Assembly: GCF_009914755.1 (NCBI RefSeq)
Contig: NC_060947.1
DNA length: 64,000 bases
DNA from: the human T2T-CHM13v2.0 reference genome, Homo sapiens
Reading direction: 5' to 3' (one strand)
The translations under genes and the position numbers were made by a program. Positions 1-16,760 of this stretch are shown one piece after another (the stretch's first letter is position 1; each line of letters begins with the position of its first letter). A model generated the notes under the pieces. The model saw nothing but the letters and a program-made list of their open reading frames with translations, was not told the origin of the DNA and ran no database searches.

Positions 1-519
1 AGGGTGGTAACCCTTTGTTCCTCGTTGGCTCCCAGCAGCTGTGGAAATGCTAATAAACATCAGCTTCTATTCTACATCTCTCAGCTCTTTACTATTCACC
101 TCTGGCATGCTGGGCAGAGACTTAATCACTTCACATTCTATATAATCTTAATTCTGTGAGTCACTATCTCAGATCTCAGAAGCATTTATTAATACTTCAG
201 ATCAAGCGTAGCTTTAAAAGCAGGGGTAACTTAGGGTTTCTCACACAACAGGTAAGCTGCATTGCAAAGTGCTGGCCTGTAAATGGAATCTAAACTAAAA
301 TTGATCCCTTATGGCGCTAATGTTTGCCATAACAATGGTGGAAAATTTAGCGGAAAGTAAAGAATTGGTCTCTTAGTAATCCACGAAAATAGTCTTTAAT
401 GTAAAATTCTATCACTTTTGGCAATTAAACAAGATTTAAAAGGTAAATATTGCAAGTGATGGTTTTCTCAAAAAGAGTACATTTTTAACCTTTATCTATA
501 TTTGTCTGTTTTTCAACAG

Positions 520-632
520 TTCAAGACCCGGCAGGCCCCCTAAGCGTTCTTTGGGAGTGTTGCAGGAAAATGCCCGCCTTCTGACCCATGCAGTCCCAGG
601 CCTCTTATCGCCAGGACTTATCACTCCGACAG
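520..632 (+). CDS. DACH2: Internal coding exon of dachshund homolog 2 (probably exon 3), region just C-terminal to the DACH-box N/DD1 domain
   Basis: A polypyrimidine tract and acceptor (tttgtctgtttttcaacAG, AG at 518-519) and a donor (AG|GTAATA, GT at 633-634) bracket 113 bp = 1 + 37 codons + 1. Translation is SRPGRPPKRSLGVLQENARLLTHAVPGLLSPGLITPT. SRPGRPPKR is the Dachshund-family signature, and the rest matches my recollection of DACH2 rather than DACH1 (…RPPKRTQSVTSPENS…). Confidence 0.95.
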
Positions 633-1349
633 GTAATAAAATCCATCTGATGATCAGCCATGTCTCTTCGTACTGCCCAGCATTTGAAATAAACCAATAT
701 TGATCTAACTGCCTTGTCCTTCAGAGCTTTTCAAGCTCTATTAGAGGTTACATTACTGAATTTTTTTATGTGTTCGTGAAAACAAATTTTTTTACTTGAG
801 CGACAAATCAAATGGACGTGATTTTAAAAATTGTCGTATCATTGCAGAAAATCCCTTTCAAGGCCTTATTGTTTGTATATATGTATATGTTTCTGTGCTA
901 GGGACAGGAATGGAGGCACTGGCCCAAACAGCATCATCTCGAAGCCTCCTATAGGGTGCAGCACTCCTGTATACTTAGGTCTCAGTAATATTCTTTTAGT
1001 TTCCAGTGGTTCTGGGCATTCATGTATGTTGTCCAAGTTATTACTCTAGGTTAAAAAGTAGACCTAAAATGCATCCTTGGTATAGGAGCCTTATGATTAG
1101 AGAAGAAGAAGGTGCAGGTGGTCATTGTCCTGAACAATGTCTTAGTGTTTTTCATTGAACGCTGTGAATAACTGGTAAAACTCCAGTGTTATAAATTAGC
1201 ATTGAACTTTGTTGAGTCCTTAAAAAAGTACCTGAGAGTACACAAAAACACTTTAAAATAAGCTTAATATTTCTATAATTGAATCTTTAAAAATCATTAA
1301 AGCTATTACATCATAGAAAATGAATTTAATAACAATGATATCTTTATAC

Positions 1350-2390
1350 ATAATGATACGAACATTTATAAAGCATCTGTTGTGTTCTGGGTACTCATTT
1401 CTAGGCATTGTAAAAATATACGAGTAGTGGTCCTTGCCACGCTAGAACTGGGGAGAGTGGAATGTAAATTAATAATTGCATTAAAGTGTCATAGAGGCCA
1501 AAATACAAGCACATACAAGGTGCTATAATATCATGTAAATGGAAGCAGTTATATCAATTTTGGTAAGTTGGGTAATACTCCATAAGATGGAAACTTTGGA
1601 GCTGTATTTTGTAGGCTGAGCATTGGACAGATGCAGAATCAGAGGAAGAGCATTCCAAGCAGATAGAAGAGTACAGATAGATGAGAAAAAGCCCAGTGTG
1701 TTATGGGGAGTAGCAGTTAAGTTGAAGAGACTGGAGCAGAGCTTTAAGGTAGAAGACTTATAGGTGATGTGGTTGGAATAGAAAGGGAGGGAAAAGCCAG
1801 CTTCTGAAACCAGTTTTTGATTTACCATGTTAAGCAATTTAAGTTTTTCCCTTTAGACCAGTGGTTTCCAAAGTGTCTTTCAGGACTTTCCTTACTGGCT
1901 GACATAGAAGTGAGGAAGTACTTACATGCTCCACACTTCTGCCTCAGTTAGAATTTTATATGTTCTCCTTCACTTATGATTTTGTTTTGTTTTATTCTTA
2001 AAGAAACTTCTATAGGTAAAAGGAGCCCTTGCTAAGGAACTGAGTAAATGATCAGAAAACAATTGCCTGGAGGGTTGATAGCAATGAAGGTAATGAAATG
2101 AAGGAATATCCGTTGCTACTGTCCAAAGGAGAAATATTGAGGGCCTGAAGGCAAATCCAATAGAATGGAGAAAAGGTTCTGAGTGCTTCAGTAATTAGAG
2201 TTAATCACACTTGATAATTGATTAAATGTAGAGGCTAAGGTGGTGGTCTAGGATGATTCACGTCTAGCTTGGGTGATAGGCTGGATGATGGTATAATTAA
2301 CTCAGACAGAGAACTTGGGAAGACACTCAGGCTTTGAGGGGGAAGATAATGAATTTTCAACTTTAAATATTTATAAACAAATTCTGATAT
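1350..2390 (-). mobile_element. Degraded L2 fragments, possibly interrupted by a small hAT/MER element near 1857-2040
   Basis: Purine-rich L2-like text (gcattccaagcagatagaa…, ggtggtctaggatgattcacgtctagcttgggtga…); cagtggtttccaaa resembles a hAT terminus. Boundaries are approximate. Confidence 0.5.
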
Positions 2391-2669
2391 AAGAGAGTAG
2401 CCCTGTGCATATAAATGAAGATAGAAAGCATAACAACATCTGAAATATATCTTGGTATTCAATGAATGACCATCTATTTCTTGCCTCCTGAAATACATTC
2501 CTAGAGCCTAGAAAGAGTACCATGCAAATAATCAAATCTGTGTCCTGGTTTTGTGGGAATGTACAGATGAAAGAAGAAAAGAATTTTAAAATTGCCTTGA
2601 AGCTAAATCATGTTGAGTAAACATTAGTAGGTTATTTGTTGAGGAAAAGCTCTAATATATATTAAGTTC

Positions 2670-2836
2670 TTTTTATGTACTAGCCGTGGGTGCCAAGTGT
2701 TTTATATATACTTCATTTAATCTTCATAGTAGCCTTATGGACAATGACTTCATTTTTAAGGTAAACAATCTATGGCTCCGCGAGTTTAAATTATTTGCTT
2801 AAGGTCACAAAGCAAGTGAGTGGCAGAACTGAGTTT
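2670..2836 (-). mobile_element. MIR SINE
   Basis: Core motifs tcatttaatcttcatagtagcctta and ttgcttaaggtcacaaagcaagtgagtggcagaactg. Confidence 0.75.
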
Positions 2837-7745
<4,909 letters not shown>

Positions 7746-9734
7746 ACTGTCATACTCCTTGGATTCAAGCTTTGTTTTACTTCCTGCCACTTGGCTTTAC
7801 CATCAAGTGAGCCATTGAGACAAAACTCTTCAATTTTTAGTCCTTTGCTTGTGCCTAGAATGGGATTATAGAGCTAGACAAAACGTTGAGTGAGGAAAGA
7901 CATGAGCACATTTGTTAAAGATGCAGACAGTTAAAAAAGTAATCAAGGGAAGGTGGAGGAATCTGCAGAGCTCTACATAAATTCCTTCCTTAGTTTACAT
8001 GAATTTATTTTATATGCCCAGCAGTATCTTATTCACCTGCATTCAAATGTGTGGAGGAAAAGTTAAATTGTTGGTCTTTTTTCCTCAGCAGGTGCATGCA
8101 AAAAATGCCAGTGAAAAGGGTTAGAAAAGGTTCAGGCATCATTCTTAGATTTATTTCAGAATAGTCCTTTAATTTATATAGCTTGACATGTAAATCATCC
8201 AGGATGCAGTATAATGTTAGGTGTGCCATATTGCTTTATTTGCATACTATAAAGATAAAGTCTTCTATTTTTATCTGATTTTATTTTCTTCTGTAATTTG
8301 TATTTTTGTTTTAATTTAAAAGAAATTTATTTTACTCTTGGTTATATTTTTCCTACATAAGGAAACCTGATTTATTTAAACTCCACTAGTTCAGAATTTG
8401 TGAGAGTTCAGACAGTGTATATGCCAAAGTCTCTGGTATTAGTAAGAATATCTTATTTAGCAAATTAAATGTATGAACAATAAGTGTGTGTGTATGTGAA
8501 TATGTGCACAAATGTAGTGTCGTTAAAATATTTTGGGGTTATTTAGGTACCTGAAATCACTTTAGTGAGATCTGTTATACAAGTAATCAACATATTAATT
8601 AATACTAATGCATCTTTATTCACTAAGGTAAGTCCCTTAGGATCTATTCTTGATAATATTGTCAGATATTCATTTAGATATTATATCTATGTAACTATCG
8701 ACATATATACTATTGAAATAGATTTAGAGCTATATATGCATTCATTCTTTCATTTAACATTTATTTATTGAACATCTGCTCTGTACCAAGCAATATAAGA
8801 ATACATTATAACACTAAAATAGCATTCATTTTGTGAGTTAGAGTTTTCCCAGATTCCACCTAGCCTTTCTCTAGATGTTCCAAAATAATGAAGTTAGACT
8901 GCTTGTTGCCTTTATATATTTGAACTACTGATATTCCCATCTTATGTATTTCTGTCTTTGTTTCCATCATACAATCAATAGCTTAATTCCCCAATAGCTC
9001 ATTCTGATATAAGTATCCCATTTTCTAGTATTTTCTGTAAAACATTTAGGGATACACAGGGAGAAAAGGAGAGGGAATATTATATACATCCTTCTCTGTA
9101 TCTCTGCAGAAGTGCTAATATCTCTGGATCACACTGATGGGATGGATTTGTTGTTTGTGCCTTTGAGTTTCCCAAAAGATGATGGCTTCCCTTTCCTCAG
9201 CTTATGAAGCATTTCTAATAGACAGATGTGAAATTTGGCCTGAGAAAGATTTAAACGGACAGCTTACAAGGAAGAAATAAAGTGCTTCAGATGAAAATTC
9301 TGTGGTGTTCATTCCTTAAAAGGTTCTTAAGCTGGTTTGTTTATTCTAGCTATATCATGGCAAAATTGTTTTTTAAGAATGTCAGATGCCATTCATGTCT
9401 TCAGGTAACTAAGCCCATGAAGATTCAATTCAGCAATAGTACCTACAGCACTCAACTCGGGATTAGCAAAACCAAAAGTAGAATTACATCTAGTGTTGAC
9501 AGTGTGAATTCAATCTCATAATATAAGGCCAATTAACTTCATTGCATCATTGGTATCAGTATCCCTCTTTTCATGATGCATTTCAAATTTTCACTCACTT
9601 AGATTGGATGCTAAGAAGTGGTCATAAAGAGATGTCCTAGGACATTCTCAGTTTAAAAAAAATATCAAGCCCTCATTCTAGAAAACAAACTAACCATTCT
9701 GATAGTTTCCTTAAATCAAATAAATTTTTCCTTT

Positions 9735-10408
9735 TTTAGCAGTAAAAAATAGTTTAATTGACATAAAGACAATCACACAGGAGATGAAGTTATTACTCAA
9801 ATCAATCTCTAAAGGCTTGTAGGTTAGGGTTTTTTTGGACAATTCTGTGGGCAGGGGACTGAAAAATGGGTGCTGCTGATTGGTTGAGGAATGAAATCAT
9901 AGGGGTGTGGAAAACAGTTTTCATGTGCTGATCCTGTCTCTTGATGGGATCGCAGGATAAGTCGAATCCTAAGTCATGAATCTGGGTGGGGTCAGGCTGA
10001 AAAAAATCTCCAAAAACCAACCTTATATCTACTATAGTGATGTTATCTACAGGAGCAATTGGGGAAGTCACAAATCTTAAGACTTCAGGCCACATGTCTC
10101 CTGAGCAGTATTGGGTTAGAATAATACACCTATATTTTATCAGAACTCAGGCCCCTCCCGTAATCCCAATCTTGTTTCTTTACATTAATTTTACCTAGGC
10201 AGTTTTATCCCCAGAACAGGGAGTGGACTAGTTTGAAGGAGGAACTATTATCATCCTTGTTTCAAAGTTAAACTTTAAACTAAATTCCTCCAAAATTTAC
10301 CTTGGCCTATGCCCAGGAATGACCAAGGACAGCTTGGAGGTTAGAAGCAAAATGGAGTCAACTATGTCAGATTTCTTTTACTGTCATAATTTTGCAAAGG
10401 CAGTTTCA
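9735..10408 (-). mobile_element. LTR8-like ERV1 LTR
   Basis: Reverse complement begins TGAAACTGCCTTTGCAAAATTATGACAG…GACTCCATTTTGCTTCTAACCTCCAAGCTGTCCTTGG, matching the LTR8 start as recalled. The U5 end appears truncated. Confidence 0.8.
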
Positions 10409-10580
10409 ATCTCCCTCTTTCAGTTTCAGCACACCTCTATCCTGAGTTGTGAGCTAAGGAGATGGGAAAAAGCTGATGACTGCTGTAACTACTTCCTGCT
10501 GACAGGGGGTGGAGTTGGAGTCAGGATTGCTCCTTGGATGAGAGGAGTGAAAGCAGTGAAGCTGTTTTACAGTGTCTAAA
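10409..10580 (-). mobile_element. ERV1 internal 3' remnant with polypurine tract
   Basis: On the minus strand GAAAGAGGGAGAT directly precedes the LTR TG. The upstream CCCCTGTCAGCAGGAAGTAGTTA resembles the end of ERV1 env regions. Confidence 0.6.
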
Positions 10581-11069
10581 AACATACCTTTTCCTAGGAC
10601 TACCTTTGGGTTTTTAAATGAGCAATATTGGAAAGTATGCTTCATATCATATAAACAGCATATGGTGTTTTTTATGTCATTGCATTTTCTTTAATTCTTG
10701 GGTGCTCACAAAGAAACATTGGCATAATAGGAGCCAGAGTTTGAATTACTAATATTTCTAACGTAGAGTTTAGACTAACATGCATTTGCAGATTCTCTAC
10801 TAAAGAAAAAGCTTAAACACATCAGCTTAATAATTAGAACTACATTTATTATATTAGCTGAATCTCAGTTTCCCAAACACAAATTTTTGTTTTAAGATGT
10901 CTGTCAGTGCTCCTTATTCTATATGTAGTATATTTATTTTAACTTAAAAATGTCTCCCCCCAATTTTTTAGGCTCCTGCCAATAATATTTGTCCTGCATG
11001 GCTGGGTCATAAGGCAGAAGATATTGCTTATTTCTGGAGGTGGAGGGGAGAAATTTAAGCAAACCTATA

Positions 11070-11130
11070 GGATGTTGGTGATGGTGATGGTGATGATGAT
11101 AGTAATGATGATGATGACATATGATAATAA
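11070..11130. repeat. Imperfect (GGTGAT)n/(GAT)n microsatellite
   Basis: ggtgatggtgatggtgatgatgatagtaatgatgatgatg. Confidence 0.8.
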
Positions 11131-11400
11131 TCTATATAGTGCTTTACCAAACATCCTCACATCTTTAATGTCTGTATATGTATATGCATGTAGCTCTATG
11201 TTATAAAGAACTATTTTCAATTGTTTCTCATTTGATCCTCTCAGCAATCTGGTGAGGTAAGCATTTTTAGCGTTTCTGATTAGGAAATGAAGAAAATGAG
11301 TTTTTAAGAAGCTCAGTGACTTACTCTAAATCTCAGAGACAATAAAGATTTGAGCCAGAATTTATAAGGCCAGGCTTTTTATTTATCATAAACAACATAC
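11130..11400 (-). mobile_element. MIR SINE
   Basis: ctcatttgatcctctcagcaatctggtgaggtaag…aaatgaagaaaatgag…cagtgacttactctaaatc. Confidence 0.65.
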
Positions 11401-13439
11401 TTTCCCAAATATGCTGAACTATCTCTGAAAAAAACAAACAAAAAAACCCTGGGTATTAAAAATTGAGGTTATGAATCTTCAGGCTCGTATTGGAACCGCT
11501 TAAGTTAAATGTAGGAGATCAGATGTTTGGTGTTTCAGAAATAGGAAATCCTTGGAATAATCCATCTATTTATCTGTCGTTGATCATATAACTTCAATAA
11601 AATAAAACACTTTAATTTTCTTTTTTGCTCCTTCTTATAGTAGTTTACATGTGGGGCAGCTAGTATAAAAATGGTTGATGATTATTGTTATTATTTGTTG
11701 TGGCTATAATTTTTCCTTCTAAGAAGTATGCAAAATCTTCTGAATGACTGCAACCTACTTTTTGTATAGAGAAAGGTAACAGTTATAAATTGTTCCTTGT
11801 GACAATTCCTGAGTGAATTACTTTGATATATATGGCTAATGAATTAATATGATTAAGTTAATGAGAAATGCAAGTGTTGCCAAACTCCACTACTCTGGCA
11901 GTAATGTTGCTCCACATTTGCAGTTTTAGCTTCCCCCTGTGTTGAGAGGATCACTGATGCCTACACACTGTCGTTGTGATAAATGATGTATCCCACAGTG
12001 CCCTGCTTTCCATCTGGTCCATCCTCAAACCATCCCCAAATGAGAGATCTCTTACAAAAATTACATAGTCACAAGCCAAGTCTATTGGATTATAAAAAGA
12101 CATTTCCATCCCTAGGGCCCATCCTTCAACCACATTTTCCCCATAATTCACAAATTACATGAAATAAAATACACAAGTTTTCACCTACTACTTGTGTTAC
12201 TCTTTCATTGTCTGCTCTTTATTCTGGCGAGCTTTTGTTTTCCAGGGCAGAAAGGGAACATTTACATAGCACAATAAAGCTTTCCATTGTATAATATGCC
12301 TGACAAATGATAAGCTGCCTTGTTACTACTTTATTTTATTGGATGGAGTGGATGGCTGTACTAAAATAACCCATTATACTAAAGCATGTAGTTTGTCAAA
12401 AGATATTCTGTATCCTTCTTAAAAAAAAATACATTTTATCAATCATCCAAGGGATTCTGCAGAGCAAAATAGAGTGTCTATCATTTCCTATTGAAGAATT
12501 AAAGAGTAATAAAATTTGTCATATACAAGTATCACCTACATATTGTGACCAAAAATGAGTAACAAAATGTATCCTTGGCACCTAGAACTCACCTTTTAAA
12601 AATTGATAGACAATAAGGTATTCTGCCATTTTAATCAACCAAAGGTTGGAGAACAGGAATTGAGTACTTTGATTGTAGTGGTGAAAATGTTTTCTTGTGA
12701 CTTGTTTGCTCCCTTTCTGGCAATGTCTAAAATCTAGATCATGTTTTGAACTAATTTTCAGTTTATGTTCAATGTAGGAAAAATTCTGAGAGCTCTCAAA
12801 ATGGTAGTTCTTAGTAACACATTCATACACATACCTGAGTCAAGGTAGAGAATGCCCAAACGTAGAGCTTAAAAATGTTATTAATACCTGTCTTTGTTTT
12901 CCCAGAGGGCTCTTATTTAACTCTTTTAATGTATACCTGAAAGTGTCAGGTGAGAATGCTTTTTGAAACACTGTGTTAGATCAAACTGGGTTAGCAAATC
13001 GTGCTTTCTACATGATTAGTAGAAATGAAAATTAGAATTCCCAGACTAAATTACAACATAAAAAGGGGCAGTTATACTCTGACTTAATTTATTTTTTTTT
13101 TCTGAATTCTCAGCAGTAATGACATTTCCTTTCTCAGTAGTGTTACTTGCATAATCAAGGGACCAACAGAGAAGAACTATAGTAATATAGAAAACCCTTT
13201 CTCCCTTAAACCTTATTTGACAATATATGAAGTCACACAAACACCTGTAAAAAGAGTAACTGAAGTGGGTCATAGTAGATAGCAATGAATATTAAATTGA
13301 GGTGAGGGTAAGAAAGGAGGGCGATTTTCTCATATAGCACCAATATTGGGTGAAAATTTAATAATCAGTTGATAGATGTCTGCCTATCTATAGTTATTTG
13401 AGAAGACTAAGGTCCTTGTTAACAACTACATTCTTTAAA

Positions 13440-14105
13440 AAAGGTTTTACTGAGGTATAATTGACATGAAATAAATTGTACATAGAAAGTACAATTTGAG
13501 AATTTTGGACTGTTGCTCACCTATGAAACCATCACCACAGTCAAGATAGTGAGCATACTCATTTTCTCAACCTTTCTATTACTACACCTTTTCTTCCCTG
13601 TCTGTCTCCCAGGTAACCACTGATCTGTATTCTGTCAATATATATTAGTTTGTATTTTCTAGCATTTTATATAAAGAGATTATGTAGAGAATGCACTATT
13701 TTTTGTCTGACTTCTTTCCTTTAGCATAATTTTATTGAGATTCCAAATTGTTGTGTATAACAATAGTTCATTCATTTTTATTGCTTAGCAGCAAGTATTT
13801 TATGGTATGAATATAACATAATTTGTTTATATATTTCACTCTTTCAGACATTGGAGTTCTTTTACCAGTTTTTAGCTATTGTGATTGACACTGCTTTAAG
13901 GCTTTATGTATACATTTTGTGTGGAAATGTTTTCATTTACCTTGATTAAAACTAGAAATGGAATTGCTGGGTTGTATGGTGAGTGTATGTCTATGTTTAT
14001 AGGAAACTTTAAAACTGTCTTCCCAAGTCGTGTCATTTTGCATTCCTGTCAGCTATGTGTGGTTGTTCATATCATTGCCAACACTTACTGTGTCCAGTCT
14101 TAGAA
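13440..14105 (-). mobile_element. Old mammalian L1 (L1MB/L1MC-type) 3' end
   Basis: tttactgaggtataattgacat…ggtaaccactgatctg…ggaattgctgggttgtatggt are typical antisense L1M 3' sequence. Confidence 0.8.
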
Positions 14106-15291
14106 ATATATTTTCAACAATATATCCCACCTGAATTCAAACATTTTGCCAACATACTGTCTCCTGTCTAGAAGCGGATTTTTGCATTAAAGTAAGTCAT
14201 ACTTTGTTTGATCATGACTCAGTATAAATTAGTATCTATTTCTGCTTAAATACAGGTTTATAGTCTAGGAGTAATGGAAACTGAGGAACAGAGTGAAGGG
14301 CATATTATCTGGGGATGATCAGTGGTTTGGCTCTCTACAGCGTCATGGACCTTGATGTTGTGAAAAGGAACTAAAAGAGCAAGAGAGAGGAGCATAGAGA
14401 AAGTGGAAAGGTGACCCAAACAAATTCTTCCTACTTCTCAGTTTTGCTTAGGGTCAGTCTAGTATATAAAACAGATATTTGCAAACTAAAAGTTGGAATC
14501 ATACTATTTATGACTTTGTTATAGTCACACAGTTGGCTTTTTGATCTGGATCACATTTAAAGCTGAAAAAGATATCCTTTGGAAGGAAAAAGCAACTTCC
14601 TGCAAGGCTAAAGGAGAAAAATTATTTTCCTTGTATTTGTGGCAAGGGCATTGTGAAAAAAAAGCATACTTTTTGGACTTAGGGTACTCTGGCCACAAGA
14701 GATAAAAGACCCATGTTTAGTTTCAAAGGAAAAACTCTTAAGATATTACACCTCATTGTAAACGTGTGAATTGAATTCTAAGCTTAATTAAAGTAATTAG
14801 GTAAATGGATAAATAAATGGGAAGAGATATTACCCTTAAACTGTCTGAAATGTATGGCATTTTGTCACAGTATTAAAGTGAAATTGAAGTTTGAGGTCAA
14901 ACAGTGTCTGGTATGCATTTTAATGAAAAATATATGATTTAGAGAAGTAAATCTTTTTATTTTCACAGTGTAACCACTATGCTTCATACTTTTTAAAAAT
15001 TGGGACCCAGGCTAATATTTGGTTTCTGTAGATAATTTTTTGAATTTTTAAAATATATTATACTTGTACATATTTATGAAGTACATGTGAAATGCTATTA
15101 CATGTGTAGAATGTGTAATGACCAAGTCAGGGTATTCAAGATATCCATCACCTGAGTATTTATCATTTCTATGTGTTGGGTACATTTCAGATCCTGTCTT
15201 GTAGCTATTTTGAAAAATGCAATACATTGGTGTTAACTGTAGTCACATAGTCACCCTATTCTGCTATTGAACATTAGAGCTTATTCCTTCT

Positions 15292-15586
15292 TTCTTTGTT
15301 TTTAGAGAAAATGTCTTGCTCTGTCACATAGGCTGCAGTGCAGTGGCATGATCATAGCTCACTGCAACCTCAAATGTCTGGGCTCAAGTGATCTTCTCAC
15401 TTTGCCTCTGCAGTAGCTAGGACTATAGGCACACACCACTATACTTGGATAAATTTTTAAATTTTTTGTAAAGACTGGGTCTCAGTGTGCTGTTCACACT
15501 GGCCTTGAACTCCTGGCCTAAAGTGATCCTCCTGCCTCAGCCTCCCAAAGTGCTGGGATTATAGGTGTGAGCCACTGCACCTGGCC
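15292..15586 (-). mobile_element. AluJ
   Basis: Diverged Alu dimer with J diagnostics (atcatagctcactgca, gggctcaagtgatc); TSD ttagagcttattccttct (15274-15291) / ttagaacttattctttct (15587-15604). Confidence 0.9.
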
Positions 15587-15718
15587 TTAGAACTTATTCT
15601 TTCTATCAAACTGTATGATTCTACCTGTTAACCAACCTCTCTTCACCCCCTCCTGTATTCATACCCCATTCCCAGTCTTTGGTATTTATCATTACACTCT
15701 ACCCCCATGTGATCAACA

Positions 15719-16011
15719 TTTTTTTTTTTTTTGAGATGGAGTCTCGCTCGTCGCCCAGGCTGGAGTGCAGTGGCACAATCTTGGCTTACTGCAAGCTCTG
15801 CCTTCCAGGTTCACGCCATTCTCCTGCCTCAGCCTCCTGAGTAGCTGGGACTACAGGCACCCGCCTCCACACCCAGCTAATTTTTTGTATTTTTAGTAGA
15901 GACAGGGTTTCACCGTGTTAGCCAGGATGGTCTCAATCTCCTGACCTCGTGATCCACCTGCCCCGGCCTCCCAAAGTGCTGGGATTACAGGTGTGAGCCA
16001 CCACTCCCAGC
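15719..16011 (-). mobile_element. AluY
   Basis: Y diagnostics gcaagctc, ttcacgccattctcc, caccgtgttagccaggatgg; TSD tgtgatcaac (15708-15717 / 16012-16021). Confidence 0.92.
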
Positions 16012-16183
16012 TGTGATCAACTTTTTTAGCTCCCTCATATGAGTGAGAACATGTGATGTTTGCCTTTCTGTGCATAAATAAGCTATGGCTTATTTCCCTT
16101 AACGTAATGACCTCCATTTCCATCCATGTTGCTGCAAATGACATTACTTCATTTTTCTGTATGGTCAAATAGTATTCCATTGT

Positions 16184-16250
<67 letters not shown>
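16184..16250. repeat. (CA)n microsatellite, about 33 units with interruptions
   Basis: Directly visible. Confidence 0.97.
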
Positions 16251-16555
16251 ATCACATTTTCTTTATCCATTCATCTATTGAGATTTTTTAGGACCAGAAT
16301 ATCTATTGACTTTTTTGTGAAAGATAACTAAAGTGAACAAGGGCATAGAGAAGCTTGCATATAAAGCATATTAGCCCATTCAAGGCATGCACTGAGTGAT
16401 TAAAGTGATTAAAATTTATTTACTAATTTAAAAAAACATGAAATAATATCTCAAAGATCATAGAAGGAAATAGGAGTAATACTTGAAAATTTTATAGGCT
16501 GAAAGGGAGAGGGAAATATAGATTTTCTGGTTTAAAAGTTTGTCCCAATCATAGT

Positions 16556-16729
16556 TTATATGGTTTGGCTCTGTGTCCTCATGCAAATCTCATCTCAAAC
16601 TGTAATCTTCATGTGTCGGAGGAGGAACCTGGTAGGAGATGATTGGATCATGGAATAGATTTCTCCTTCGATGTTCTCATGATAGAGTGAGTTTTCATGA
16701 GATCTGATGGTTTTAAAGCATGGTACTTC

Positions 16730-16760
<31 letters not shown>

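Larger units (their letters stand above)
15045..16282 (-). mobile_element. L1MA-type 3' end, interrupted by two Alus and a (CA)n
   Basis: gtacatatttatgaagtacatgtg…gtgagaacatgtgatgtttgcctttctg…ttccatccatgttgctgcaaatgac; the sequence resumes collinearly after each Alu. Confidence 0.85.

Noticed and set aside
831-1049. 72-aa ORF next to the DACH2 exon
   Set aside because: TTG start, no Dachshund similarity and no convincing splice sites.
13585-13620. Pyrimidine tract + AG|GTAACC as a recursive splice site
   Set aside because: It is part of ordinary antisense L1M 3'UTR sequence found in many copies, with no locus-specific support.
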